Positions 1 to 12,549 are shown, counted from the whole stretch's first letter. The stretch is DNA of 63,739 nucleotides, filler included, from Pelomyxa schiedti (GCA_020536535.1; 15 parts of 15 records of this genome joined end to end with filler, not necessarily neighbours in it); one strand, 5' to 3'. Numbers and translations are program-made. The notes: a model not told the origin generated them from the sequence alone.

Positions 1-1092
1 AAACGACCACGAGACCCAAAGGACGATGTGTTGTCGCATGAGAGATCCAACAAAACAACGAGGGTGGATACGGCCACCATAGGCGGTAACCCATAATTTT
101 TTTTTCGTACTGTAGTTGCTGGTGAAGGGCCAATTCATTCACCACCTATCATTATATTGTATCTCTTTTGCTTGTAGACAATTCACCAACCTTGTTGGGT
201 TTTTCGTTTCTTAGCCAAAACTGTGTCTATCCTGATGAATGCATCCAAAGCAGAAACTACCAAACCTGCACCCTCAACAACAACTCCCATCAAATCCAAG
301 TCCTCAGTGCACGACCCAAACACACAACAACTTACACCATCGGCATTCACATTCGCGGCACCCTCGCCCTCCATTATATCAAACACTACCACCCCCACTT
401 CCATTACCACTTCCACTACAACACTAAAACCCACTTCTGCATTGAATGACAATCCTGACACCCCGAGTGAAAATGGCGTTACCCCTCCTGCTTCCACTGA
501 TGATAAAACTGTGGGCACTGATTCCAAACCAACCACAAATTCCACCTGTACTCCTACTCCACCCACACAACCACAGCCACAACCGCAACCACACACACAG
601 ACACAACCACAACCACAAGAACAAGAACAAGAACAAAAGCAAACACCAACTGCTTCAAGCACTTCCGCTTCTGCTGCCGCTCCTAGCCGTACGTTGACAA
701 TGACCAGAAGCCCATTCAATCCACGTGCACCGCTGCCAACCAAACACACCGGAGCAGGAACCGCAGCATCATCTCTGTCCCTTGAGGAACTCACAAACCC
801 CCTGACAGGGCGCTGGCCTCCCCCTGGTGCATCGAGCGGAATTTGCCACGCGTGCAGGGAACGCAAGCGGGAGGTTACCCCTTGCTCATACTGTGGGAAG
901 AATGCATGCAAATCATGTGTGGCTGTGTGCGACTCGTGCTCGGCTCTGGTGTGCTCATTCTGTTCATCCCCTTGGTTAGTTTGCATCTACCCACTTTCTC
1001 CACTACTGACTTGCTTGTCATTTAGCCACAATGGTTCTACTTCCAAGGTGTACTGTGGTACATGTGGCTATTTATTTGCAAGAAGGGGATGA
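1..1092 (+). CDS. Siva-like Cys-rich zinc-finger protein (5' end outside window, spliced)
   Basis: Removing the in-frame GT-AG intron 975-1025 gives C-terminal CHAC-x9-CSYC-x3-ACKSC-x3-CDSC-x4-CSFCSSPCHNGSTSKVYCGTC, matching the Cys spacing I recall for SIVA1. N-terminal KTVSILMNA resembles SIVA1 KTKRLLFLGA. Long S/T/P/Q linker between. Confidence 0.65.
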
Positions 1093-1192
1093 ATCTTCAA
1101 TTCTCTACTTCCAAAAGGAATACAACAAAAGCAAAAAAAAAAAAAACAGAGTTTTTAAATTCCAAATTACATTGAGTTTTTACAACATGGCG

Positions 1193-4100
1193 TTACTTTT
1201 GCCACATAAACACTGGTGACCAATCTGCTGGTACACCATTCTTGATGAGGTCAGTGCACCTATCTATTAGGTGTTGTGATGGAACATCAAGAGGTTCTGT
1301 AAGAATACAGGCACTAAAGGATTCCCGAGCCCCGACAAAGTCTATAACAAACAATTAGTGAGTGTTTTTTCCCTATTCATGGGAAATACCTCTGTTGTGA
1401 TACTTGTTGAGTCCTGCATGGTACTCCGAAGCAATTCTGGATACAGGGGAACCAGTTGAGAAGAATTCAATAATCCACAGAGGATCACTTGTTCCAGCAA
1501 CTGTATGTGCCACTTAGAGGCAAAAGAAAAGAATTCAGTGGGGTGAAACCTCGCACTAGGTCAAGTTGCCTATAGGAAATGTTGAATGCTGAGAGGTCTC
1601 TAGGAAGCCCAACAACAAGGTTCGAGGAGCCAATCAATGTGACACCATAGTTTTTGGTAAGTCCCAGGAGTCTTGAACTCACATTGACCGTGCTTCCAAT
1701 AACTGTGCCACCTGTAGAGTTCTGTTGAAATGAAAATAGGGAGCTACAAAGTGCATACTCATCCTCTTTTCGTCACCTATTGTGCCCAGCATCACTGGGC
1801 CGGAGTTCATGCCTATCCCAATATGGAGCGTTCTTCCCTTGGATTTCCACTTGGCGTTCACTGTTTCAACTTTCTTTTTAATTTCAACTGCTGCCTTGAA
1901 GGAAGTAAGTCAATTTAATGGGTTGGGTGGCATACCCTTACTGCATCAATCGGACTAGAGAAGAGGGCCAGGATGACATCTTTTTGTTTTGTTGGTTATT
2001 GTTTAGCATTAAAACACCACAACGTTGGTGCACCATCAAAAAACTTGTCAATGTAGCCACCACACATTGTGGTTATAATAGGAAATATGTACTTCGTTAT
2101 GGAATTCAGGACGTCATACATTATTTGCGGCTGCAAGAAAGTCAGGGAGGGATGAAAGTAAATGCAACCTCAGAAGCATCACTTTGATTATATAAAATCC
2201 GAATTTCACAAAACATCACTTGCATAAATAGCATCATCGAATCCCCAACATCTACTGACTCAATATCCTCTTTTCCTATTGAATTCAGCAGTTACAACTG
2301 TAACTTACAGAAAAGACCTAGGTGTTGCATGAAGGTTCTTGGCAGAAATCTTCAGAGGAGTGAGAGTACATAAATGGATGAGGTACCAAACCGTTGATAA
2401 GACTGTGATACAACTTGGATGGCAGTGTGTTGGGTGAATCCGGACAATACCCAAGTCACAACTTCTTTTTCGTGTGGGTTGCCTATCTCATTTGGCTGTT
2501 TTGGAACCAGTGGTGGGGAGTAGTGGTCTCCAGCAGCTGACGTACTTTTAATTTCCTTTTTGAATAAGTAATAAGCACACCAGCAGCAATGATATCCGTA
2601 GTTTCCTGGTCACAGTAGGGGAACTGGCTGATACTACTAGATGTGGGTATTGTGGAACTCTCCTCAACCAGTGAATGCAGCGCATCACCCAGACATTGTG
2701 ATGTATCTTATGAAAGTGTTTGTGTGCAAAAATCAAGAAGTATCGTACATGGAGATTTGCCAAGGATAGGAGGCAGTTTATTGAACGAGGATGGTTTTTT
2801 TTGGCTTGGGGGTGTCTTACCCGAACTGGTTGTGATAGTTTCATATTTTCGGGGGAGTGTATTGGACGACCTACAAATACTTGTGAGTTGGAACCACTTA
2901 CTTGGGGGTAAAAACCTCAGCTGTGGTAGTATGGTTTTGGGTTCTGTTTTTTTGATTGAAAATTTAGTCGGTATGCAGGATGCTGAAGTCCCACTTGGAG
3001 GTTCTTCACTAAGTACTTTATTCTTCCGGATATGAATACAATAAAGATGAAGAGATAAAAACCTGAAGATGAAACATGGCAGAAAATGCAAGCCTCATAA
3101 GTGAGAGCTGAGTAGTGACAGAGGTCTCTGTACCAGAAGAGGATTGTATTGCTCCAGTGAAGAAGTGAACAGGCGTGTAGTTGGATGGTGTTTCTTCCAC
3201 GAGAGAAGTCATCCTTTTCATCATCATAGTAGAAGGTTCGTCGGTTGGAACCTAAAAAATTGGTAAAGTGCTTCTAAGGGAAAGAGTAATACCAATTCAG
3301 CACACTGGCGGAAGGAGGAAAACGCATGCATAAACCGAAGTTCGCGCCAGTGCGTAATTCCTTGTCCATATCTTTGGACAAATCCAGGTGGGTATAAATT
3401 GTGGTTAATCACGTGATATATACAAAATGGTGCCCTATGATTAGAATTAAAACAGTTGAACAGGGAATACTATCAACAAAAGACAGAGCCTACCCTGAAG
3501 CAGTTGTTTCAACATAGTCCAATATTCTGAGTGAGTAATCTCTCGTTTCTTCTGGAGTTTTGATCATGTCTACTGCTGCTTGTGTAATAACAAATGACGC
3601 AGAGTAAAACTAGAACTATCAGCAGATTGAAAGATAGTACTAATACCTTTGTCATCATTTCAACGGAGACAGTAACATTAATAGGCCGCCCAATGCAAGC
3701 AATATCAATCCTCTCAGAGTCACCAACAGTGCCAAACATGATATCTCCTGCGTGAACACCGACACCCATTTGTACTGGCTAGAGGAATGAGTATCTCTCT
3801 TGATAAATTAAAAGATCTACCTCTCGGCCCTTCGATGCTCTCTGGGTATTGTAAGCTGCCAGTGTTGACAAAATATTTCTCCCAGCAATAATTGCAGAAT
3901 CACCAGTAGGAAACATAGCAGTAACAGCATCCCCCACAAACTTATCAATAAAACTATATTGTGGGCCTTAGCAACAATCTCAGAACGGGAATAAAAACAA
4001 CCCTCCAGCATTCCTAATACAGGGTAGTATCCTAGAGCAAAGACCATTCAAAAATCTGAAGATGTCAGCAGGCCCAAGTTTTTCGGAGAAAGCAGTGAAT

Positions 4101-5700
4101 TTTCTTATATCACACACCTAGGAAGTAATATATTACTCACAGAATGATATATGGGAGTTCCAGTCAAATAACTTCATCCAACCAATGAACCATCAAAAAA
4201 CCAGTACAAGACCAGGTTTTATGACCCTTTGGTCGGCTTTTTTCGTCACTTGATAGGAACTCCCAGTAATAATTTCTGTGCATACCATTATAACGCGCCG
4301 TATAAGTTTAAAATCCCCAATATTGACCTGCTCGATGGATTGTTTCCCAAGTTCACTAAGAATTTCATTGGGAACGAACCGTGAATATGCCTTAATTAAA
4401 GTAAGAAATCTGCAAAGCAAGAATGGGAGCTAACCTTGGAAATTGATGAAATTTTCACTTTGGTTCGAAATCTTCGTAGTACCCAAGCTGCTAACTCTTT
4501 ATCTTCAGGTCTTGGTTCCATAGCAGCTTCAGGTTGGTGACCTTCCCATAATCGTGGTGTCAATCCCTGGGACAGAGCAGACCCAATGCTTGACTGCCAC
4601 GGTGTATTGTCAGAATTTGCATTTCTAGAAGTGTCCGGAGGTGGTGACACAGTAGGAGAATGTGCAGTTGGACTGTGTGTCTGAGGATGTATGTGAACGC
4701 GAGCAAAATGAGACGTAGGGACGGGGTAGTTGGGTGGACTTGTAGTCGGTATTACTGTAGGTTGTAGCCTGCCGGAGGATGGAATGCAAACAGGTTCTGT
4801 GCGATGGGAAAGAGGAGCTGAGGGGATGGTATGCATTGAATTGTTGGGAGAAAAGCTAACCCCCGTGGAAAATTTTGGAGTATTTGATGAATTTACAGTT
4901 TGATCAGGTCCTTTTACTGAATTGTACGGGGGGCTCATAGCTTTGCGCCTAGGATCAGCAGCAGAACCGGGAACACTGAAAGTTTCACAATTTGCAAGTG
5001 ACTCAGAAACAATGAGCTCGCGGGATGGTAAGGACTCAGGAAGCGGGGAATGGGATACAGTGCCAACATTGTCCAATGGAGGAAGACGCGCTACTGAATG
5101 ATAAGCTGATACTGAATTGGTGCTGGCTTTGTAAAGTGGAGGACTGGAAGTAAGAAGAAACGTAGAGTTCTCTGGGTTATTTGGACTCTCTCTTCTTCCT
5201 GGAGGCATTACAGGTGATTTGGTTTCTGGTGTTTCCAATCTATCCAGATTCTTTTCAAGTTATATTGGCCTCAGATTCGAAAAGGTGACATACCAACTGT
5301 TGGGGGCCTTTTTGTTTGGGTTTTTGTTTGTGTGTTTTGTGTTTTTCACGTGAGTGCGATTTTCTCACAATCAAGAAACATACTTGTTAATCTAGGAGGT
5401 GGAGAAATGTGACGCTTTGGTGATAAACCTGTGAGGATCATTAAGAAGATGAAAGAATGACACGGTGTGATTACAAACAATTTTAATGCTTAGAAGTGAG
5501 TGGGAAAGGTAAAAAAAAGGAGGAGGGAGAAGAAAAAAAAAAAAGAGGGAAAAAAAAAACACACTTCTTCGTCTTGGTGGAGGGGGAGATTGAGAAGGGG
5601 AACGAGAAGTGGTTGGTGGGTATCGAGCAACTCGTCCCACAATTTTGCTGTCCCCGCCTCCCCTTTTCTGGTCAGCCCTCGCCTTGCTCGACGAAGACAT
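1193..5700 (-). CDS. Soluble adenylate cyclase with two tandem class III catalytic domains, each followed by a TPR-like helical tail
   Basis: Unit 1 (~3130-4400): AYSRFVPNEIL, VCDIRKFT, FIDKFVGDAV, GVGVHAG..GTVGD. Unit 2 (~1193-2410): SYQRFV, FCEIRI, YIDKFFDDV, IGIGMNSG..GTIGD, GTVIGSTVNVSSRL, ending PADWSPVFMWQK* (stop 1193-1195). The first exon at 5700 (MSSSSKAR) is inferred. Confidence 0.85.
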
Positions 5701-5959
5701 TCCTTTGCCCACGCCGCCACCCATTTCGTGCGCCTCGACACGCTCAACACAAACCAAATTAAATGATAAGAGAAATAAACCAAAACACAATTTAAAAAGC
5801 AAGCAGCAAGTAAAAAACCGACTTCGCATACAATCCAAGAGATCGTGCGTGATCCCCCACTGCCCGAAAGGGCACCCCGAGACATCAAATTCAAACATCA
5901 ACCCCGGCTGAAAGCGAAGAACTTTCCTCATTGATCGTGCACCCAAGACGAAACGAGAG

Positions 5960-7503
5960 ATGGCAGGTCACGGCGGCGCCAGCGCCGCTGCCTCTTGCAG
6001 CCGCGATCTTGGCAGTTCGCAATTGGTTGGTGTTTCGTCACGTTTAATTGGTTTTTCACTGAGAATATTCGAGGCAGAAGTGCTGGAGCAACAACAAAAC
6101 GAGCGCAATGAGACGTGGACTAAGCAATGCATTTTTTGTCCTTTTTCTGCAGAGAGGTTTTTACTTCTGCTTGTAAAAAAAAAAACCTCACAAATAATAA
6201 TGCAGGGCACCACTAGTACTGCACATGGCTATCCAACACAAATTCAAAATTGGAAATCCTGACAATCTTGTATATGTTGCTGATTTGATTGAGCTGCTAC
6301 GGTCAAAATTCAACAAGTGTGNNNNNNNNNNNNNNNNNNNNNNNNNNNNNNNNNNNNNNNNNNNNNNNNNNNNNNNNNNNNNNNNNNNNNNNNNNNNNNN
6401 NNNNNNNNNNNNNNNNNNNNNTGCAGGGCACCACTAGTACTGCACATGGCTATCCAACACAAATTCAAAATTGGAAATCCTGACAATCTTGTATATGTTG
6501 CTGATTTGATTGAGCTGCTACGGTCAAAATTCAACAAGTGTGGTAAACTTCATCATTGAAATACTCATTTCTTTCGCAACAGCTATTGTTGTATCTACTG
6601 TGAACGTATTTTCAAGGGCCAACAAGTTCTCAAAAAACACATGAAGACCAAGAAACATATGCGAATAAACCCAAAACTACCGTACTAAATGAGTCCGCAT
6701 TGAACTAATAATTAATTTCTCCTAAGCCACACTAAACAAGTACAAGACTGTATGACAGGTTCTTCATTTCAAGTTACACACCCGAGCAGGCCTTGAGGTA
6801 AGAAGCGTTCCCCTTGTTTTCTATCAGTTTATTTCAAAACCCAAGAGAGAATGAAGACTCTGAGGAGGACCCTACTGGTGACACCATTGACGACTGGCAG
6901 GAAGAACCAAAGGCATCTGACACATGTTGCCTGTGTTTATTCTGTGATATGACATTCGATAGCTCGGTATTGATGCTTTCTCATTGCTCTGAGCAACACT
7001 TCTTCAATTTGACAGCAATACAATCCAAATGGGGTGCGGTTTTGTTGTTAAATCCTTCCGATCTAATACCAGTGCCTGTAATGTAAGAGTTGACGTACTA
7101 CGATACTGTTATGTTGGTTAATTTCATACGGAGCTCTGTTAAAAACAATACTTGCGTGCAGTGCTATACTATATTTGCATCGAAGACATTACTTCTGGAT
7201 CACATGACACACTTGAAGCACTTTACTCCTGACTCCATGTAACGACTCATTTTTATTATTATTATTCACACGCGCTATTAGACTGAGACCCTGGAACAGT
7301 GAAAAGTATGGTTGAGGGTCGCGTGTGGGGTATGCAAGTAACACTCCCCCAAAAGGTTTCTTTTCCCTGTTCTCGACCCAGACCCTCTTTTGTTCTGTCT
7401 TGATCCCAATGACAGTGATGCACAGGAAGACACACCCACACAAATATCACCAACCATGGACCCACCAACACATCAACCACAAGCACCAATCCAACTGCTG
7501 TGA
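5960..7503 (+). CDS. ZNF277: ZNF277-like C2H2 zinc-finger protein (spliced; spans scaffold gap)
   Basis: HMAIQHKFKIGNPDNLV; YCERIFK..LKKHMKTKKHMRINP; YDRFF; CLFC..HCSEQHFFNL; YDTVMLVNFIR; FLFPVLDPDPLL; stop TGA 7501-7503. These match motifs I recall for ZNF277. Confidence 0.8.
6201..6542. other. Scaffold gap (100 N, 6322-6421) with identical ~121-bp flanks: unmerged overlap artefact
   Basis: 6201-6321 is repeated exactly at 6422-6542. Confidence 0.9.
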
Positions 7504-7563
7504 AACTTTCAGAACCCCCTCACAAGCCATAAGATGGTAAATAAAGAACGTTTTACCCACTCA

Positions 7564-9517
7564 CTAGCCAAAAAGGGGTTCCAAGGTTTTTGGTGGTCTC
7601 AGTTGAAAGACCACTGATCCCTCACCACGTATTGAGGCCTGACGAGTGAGCCACCTACCCTGGATCTTCTTGAAAATGAACGAGGTGCCGCCATCACCAC
7701 CGCCCTGGGGGTTGGAGTTACCACCACTGAAGCCACCACCCCCACCACCAAAACAAACCGTAGAACTCCCTTCACCACTCCTTTGGTCCCAACAACCACC
7801 ACCACCACCCCCGCCAAACCCACCACCCCCACGATCACTAGGATGTGATGCACCACCAGTACCACCGTGCATGGGGGTGAGGCCTGGGCCTGCCCCCTTC
7901 TCGCTGGGGCCACCACCATACAGCCACCCAGCACCACAGCCTCCACCACCCTTCCCTCCTTCGCCACTCCCGTGGGTGTTGCAAAGGGCGAAACCTCCCC
8001 ATCTGAACCCAGTAGCACCACCACCACCACCAGCACAGACCAGAATCTTTCCATTTGTTGTGGGTGCAGAACCACCCTGCACCATGACTCCGTTCTCCCA
8101 CACGAATGTCCCACCCCCACCCCCACCCCCACCTGGTGAGCCATCACCACCCGTTTGTCCAACGAGTATGTTGATTGTTTGTCCTTGTTGCAGGTTCAAA
8201 GTTGTTACAACAATTGCTCCAAGCCCCCCTTTCCAGCCGCCGCCACCACTTGCACCAATGGCAGTGAGTTTGTAGTTTCCAGCTACAGGAACCACCCATT
8301 GTTGAATCCCGCCTGACAGCGTTACTCTTGCCTGGAATGGTGACACATAGTCCACAATGGTAGGCCCAGTGTTGAAAAGGCCATTGAGTGTTGTGAACTT
8401 GACTCTCAGGGGTGGCTGTATACTCTTCAACATCTCCAATTGTTTTGTCAGCTGTTGCATACTTGTCATGATTTCCAACATTGCGTGCTTGGATCTTTCT
8501 TCCATTTCCTTCATCGTTCTAGCTTGGTTTTCCAGCTGATCTGTCAGTCTTCTATTCTCAGAAGACAGGGAGGTCAATACAGGGTTCATTTTGACAAGAA
8601 CACAAGATTGAATGTGCTCACTGAGACCGCACCTCAGTCCGGTCCACGTGCAGAACTGGGAGCAACATTCGACTGACACTTTGGTACATGTTGATTGGTG
8701 ATCATCCAGCTGCCTTGGTTTCACGTTTTCCCCACATCCATTTGGGCAATCTTTTTTCAACAATCGTAGGTCAGACTCAGTAAATTGGGAGGGGAGTTAC
8801 TGATTGGGCAATCCAATTGTTTGTGTGACATATCTTTCATTGATCTCCTGGTCACAGATGCTCGGCAGCGATCGCAAATCACAAGCACACTTAGGCAATC
8901 AGTTTGTTCGTGCTCTGCCTGAGAAATAGGTGCTACTTTTACTCCGCACTGTTTTGGGCAGTCTGTGATTTGATTTAAAAGGGTGAATTTTGAGTAGCTT
9001 GTGCACTAACCAATTGGACAATGCGGAATGTGTGAGAGGAGTGATTCTCGATTGATTGTTTCCTGGCAAACAGGGCAGTGCACTTGAATGGCCAATAGTT
9101 TTGCGACGATAGGTTTTGCCATTACAGGTTTCAGTCTTCCCTCCAGTTCCTCCTCACAGATGGGACATGTCGACCTCTTTTATTACATCAGTTAGTGTCC
9201 CCGAATATTATCGGAGGTAGGGCGTCACTGACAGTGAGACATTGAACATTGGGCCAGTAGAAATCCGAAATAGAAACATTCAACAGCATACCATTCCGCA
9301 GCAACAAGCCTCACAGAGCCAAGCACCACAGTCGTGGACCAGAGGCTGAAACGCAGGAGCGTCGCACACCACGCACTTGTATCTGCTGTCCCATTTCTCC
9401 AGGGTGCCTTCGGCGTATTTGAACCACGATCCCGGCTGTGAGTTCGTTTCGCAACAAAAAAAAACCAATTGTCTTTGTGTGTACCTTCTGTGGCTGAGTC
9501 GACGTGAGCCCTGCCAT
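7564..9517 (-). CDS. RING + TRAF-type zinc fingers + coiled coil + ALK/LTK-like glycine-rich domain protein
   Basis: RING CVVC..HDCG..CEAC..CPIC; TRAF fingers CPNGCG..H..C, C..C.WTG.R..L.EH..C; coiled coil; then GIQQWVVP..G.Y..A.GA.GG, GGGGGTFV, ILVCAGGGGG, GEGSVVF. Confidence 0.8.
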
Positions 9518-9685
9518 ACAGTATTTTGAAAAGTTTCGGAAGAGAATTTATTTATTGACCTCTAACTCGATTATCTTCTGGGGTAACTAGATTTGTTAGG
9601 TTACCTCCAAGGTGGCGTCAACTCGCTTGGTTCCAACGAAATGAATAATCAACGGACAGGAACACAATTTTTTTCACTCTCGCAA

Positions 9686-10015
9686 ATGACCACGGAAAGC
9701 AACACCGCACCACCCGAGATCAATCCCAGCCCCGCCGACCGATACTGGGCCCGCGGGTGGGTGGAGGGCGTGATCCGCTGGGTCGTGCGCGCCGCCCCCC
9801 CTCCCAGCCCCGCTGCCGCCGTCACTGCCTCGTTGGGCGGGAGCGAGAGCGGGGCAGAGCCCGTGAGCCAGGGCGGCAAGGCCGTTGTGACCGCTGCGCC
9901 TTCGGCAGAGACGGCGCCGCAGCGGCGATTCCGCGTGAGCGGAGCGGTGAGGGTGCTGGGGCCCGAGGTGCTGAGGACGCGGGCGGACCCCCCCGCGAGC
10001 GCGTCCACGTCCTGC
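9686..10015 (+). CDS. Hypothetical protein, GC-rich first exon, truncated by contig end
   Basis: ATG at ~9686 (MTTESNTAPP) opens a GC-rich frame that runs into the linker. Confidence 0.4.
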
Positions 10016-10115
10016 NNNNNNNNNNNNNNNNNNNNNNNNNNNNNNNNNNNNNNNNNNNNTTAATTAATTAANNNNNNNNNNNNNNNNNNNNNNNNNNNNN
10101 NNNNNNNNNNNNNNN
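10016..10115. other. Artificial contig linker N-TTAATTAATTAA-N (first of 14)
   Basis: Stops in all six frames. Other copies: 11133-11232, 14031-14130, 16807-16906, 19849-19948, 20991-21090, 23507-23606, 25716-25815, 27292-27391, 31632-31731, 41026-41125, 42645-42744, 44608-44707, 58746-58845. Confidence 0.97.
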
Positions 10116-11132
10116 GGTTCGAGCTCAAACGGGTGGGGTTTCATTGCACGCAATTTATCAATATGGTTTAGAAACTCTATATCTTTTTTCTGGAAATCTT
10201 GATTTGCCCTTTTCGTTACATCCTGTTTGAAGAGAACGCTCAGTAGGGAGGTTTCCTTCAAAGGCGGTACTTGAAATACTAGCGGGAACAAAGACCTATG
10301 GATCATAAGTCTCAGTTTATCTGCATCACCATCTTGAACATGGTACTGTGTCTTAATTTTCAAAGAGAAGTTCTACGTTGGTGATTGAGAATTTAGGATC
10401 TACGCATAGGAAAAGGTTACATCAATGAACTGGACAATGTCCTCTGGTCCAATATCCACGGAATTAGATGCAATAGTATTACAAAAATGGTGCACTTGTT
10501 TTCCTGTGCCGATTAACTTAAGAAAAAGTGTAAGTGAAGTACCAGACTCGGTTCTGGAGTCCCTGAGCCAGCAGTCAAATTTGGCCTGGTGTTTGGGGTT
10601 GTATGCATGGAAACAAGGGATTTCAGGGTTTACAACTGCTAGCTTTAGTAGGGCATGCAGTCTATTTTTTTTTCCCCAACCTTGTCAGTGTACTTGGATC
10701 ATTCAAGGATAATTTCTTTTACCTTCCCTCACGGTTGTCGGAATAGAGATTTTTCTCTGATTTGCTTACTTTCTGCTTCAAACATTTCAGTAAAGCAGTT
10801 TTTTGCTTGGCAATTTTCTGTTTTGGGTAAGTCTACATGGCCAGGGGAGGGACAAAAATGGCTAACAGGCAACCGTGAGGACTTTTTTCTTGTATTCAAT
10901 GGCTGGTGTCGAAAGAAGGAACTGGGTATCACGGAAAAATTTGGGATGTCTGAGTAGAAAGTTAGCTTTCTTCTAGAAAAATGCCGGCATACACAACAAA
11001 AGGTGTCCCTTCTTTGTTCAGCTTTGCTACATATCTTACATCACCCATCTTCTGTCCTGCATGAGCTTAGAAACTGGAGTAACGGGGTTGAGATCGAGGC
11101 ACCTAAGATAGACATTTGTTCCAAAACAATTT
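10116..11132 (-). CDS. Fragment of a spliced helical protein; 3' part weakly resembles the region preceding a VPS9 domain
   Basis: Exon-like frames such as LRLMIHRSLFPLVF...KKDIEFLNHIDKLRAMKPHPFELE; both ends cut by linkers. Confidence 0.25.
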
Positions 11133-11232
11133 NNNNNNNNNNNNNNNNNNNNNNNNNNNNNNNNNNNNNNNNNNNNTTAATTAATTAANNNNNNNNNNNN
11201 NNNNNNNNNNNNNNNNNNNNNNNNNNNNNNNN

Positions 11233-11510
11233 CGATCAACGGCAGTCAGTTTCTATTCACAGACAAACTTCAGAACCCATAGCCATCACCTTTATCCTGC
11301 AGGAGGTCGAGTACTCGATTTAAGACCCGAAAACCCAACAAGACAGAGGCACCTGACACCACACCCAGTCGGTTGCAGCAATGACTAGACTTACTTCTGA
11401 CAAACCTGCAACCACCAACCGCAACTCAAACGATATCCCTTTCAATAAGAAACACATGCAATACACTTTCGACAAGATCAACAACCCACTTCAAGGACTG
11501 CCTTTCCTAA
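11233..11510 (+). mobile_element. Degenerate non-LTR retrotransposon remnant (pre-RT region)
   Basis: ITFILQEVEYSIKTRKPNKTEAPD resembles the LINE motif FT..EV..AI..LK..KAPGPD; a stop follows. Confidence 0.4.
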
Positions 11511-11511
11511 A

Positions 11512-12549
11512 GTGAGGGAATTGACCCTATCCCACGTTGCACACAACCAGATTATAACCACCCTCAAGTGCTTCGTGATTGGCTTTTCGCGTGTTATACG
11601 AAATCTACTATTGCCAGCACCTCGCACAGATTACGATGCTGATACGCAAACAACAGCGTTTTGCTTGTGCAAGAGGCACAGGGGGTGGTTGGCATCTAGT
11701 ACCATCCTGCACCTTCGCCACTTTGATGCATTTGTGGTGACTATGGCCGAGGTGTTCATTGATGAACTTGTTGGGTTGGTCAGGATTGGATGCCTCAGTG
11801 ACACCCTCAATTGGCTCCGTGACAACTTGCTTCTCTCAGGCTTAATGCCATCACCTCCTGAAACCTTCATGAAAAGGCTGCTGTCTTCTCTCCCCCCTCC
11901 AAAAAAACACCACCACATCCGATTCCCAATCAAGGCCAGTGACATTCACCCTGACATTGGTTACTGGAAACTCAACAAGCACGCTTTTGCACTCAAAACC
12001 ATCGTCTCGTGGTATTCCTCAGCACTTCCCGTCGCTGATTTGCAGAAGGCGCATTCTCAAGTGGATGATCCATGGCTCCTGACCTTGTATCGCATGAACC
12101 GGATCCCAAACTGATTGCTGACTGACTGCATGGAGCACAAACTTACGTGGAGGATGTTGGCTACTGTGATACTATTCGTTGACTTGAGTCAAGCTGGAAA
12201 ACACTTCAGTTTGAAACCAGAATTGGAGCTGCTGCCGTCTCTGTTTTCGTGGGTTGCAGAATTGTGCCCTTTTGAGGCCATTCAGCACAAGCTGGAAGAA
12301 TTTTTCACCAGGGGTGGTGGTCGTGTGCTCGATGTTCACCCTGATCAGGAGTTCAAGCAGAAGTCGCTGCAATCACTACGGCAGTGTGAGGCACATCTGG
12401 CACAACTCGGGCTCCCTACCTCTACAATATTGTACAGGGTGCCATCTTCTCTGACAAAGTCCTCCATAATAAAATCGCCCAATGATCGGCGATGCAGTGC
12501 TTCCCAATGGCGATACATCGGGCTCAATCTGAAGAAAGATTTATGGTGA
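11512..12549 (+). pseudogene. Long frame of unknown function with a single in-frame TGA at 12112-12114
   Basis: ORFs 11512-12114 and 12115-12549 are contiguous in the same frame; no family recognised. Confidence 0.3.

Noticed and set aside
183-986. Long antisense/alternate-frame ORFs (also 7646-8275, 16060-16854, 17132-17953, 59212-59991)
   Set aside because: Shadows of low-complexity or GC-rich real genes on the other strand
6201-6542. Apparent tandem exon duplications at 100-N gaps (also 41850-41949 and 61114-61213)
   Set aside because: Identical flanks on either side of fixed-length gaps indicate unmerged overlaps
10116-10126. GGTTCGAG as a tRNA B-box
   Set aside because: At a contig edge, inside a minus-strand reading frame, with no cloverleaf
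12112-12114. In-frame TGA as selenocysteine or readthrough
   Set aside because: No redox-motif context and no convincing SECIS. A nearby GT..AG candidate (12087-12135) is 49 nt and does not preserve frame, so a pseudogene or unknown splicing is more likely.
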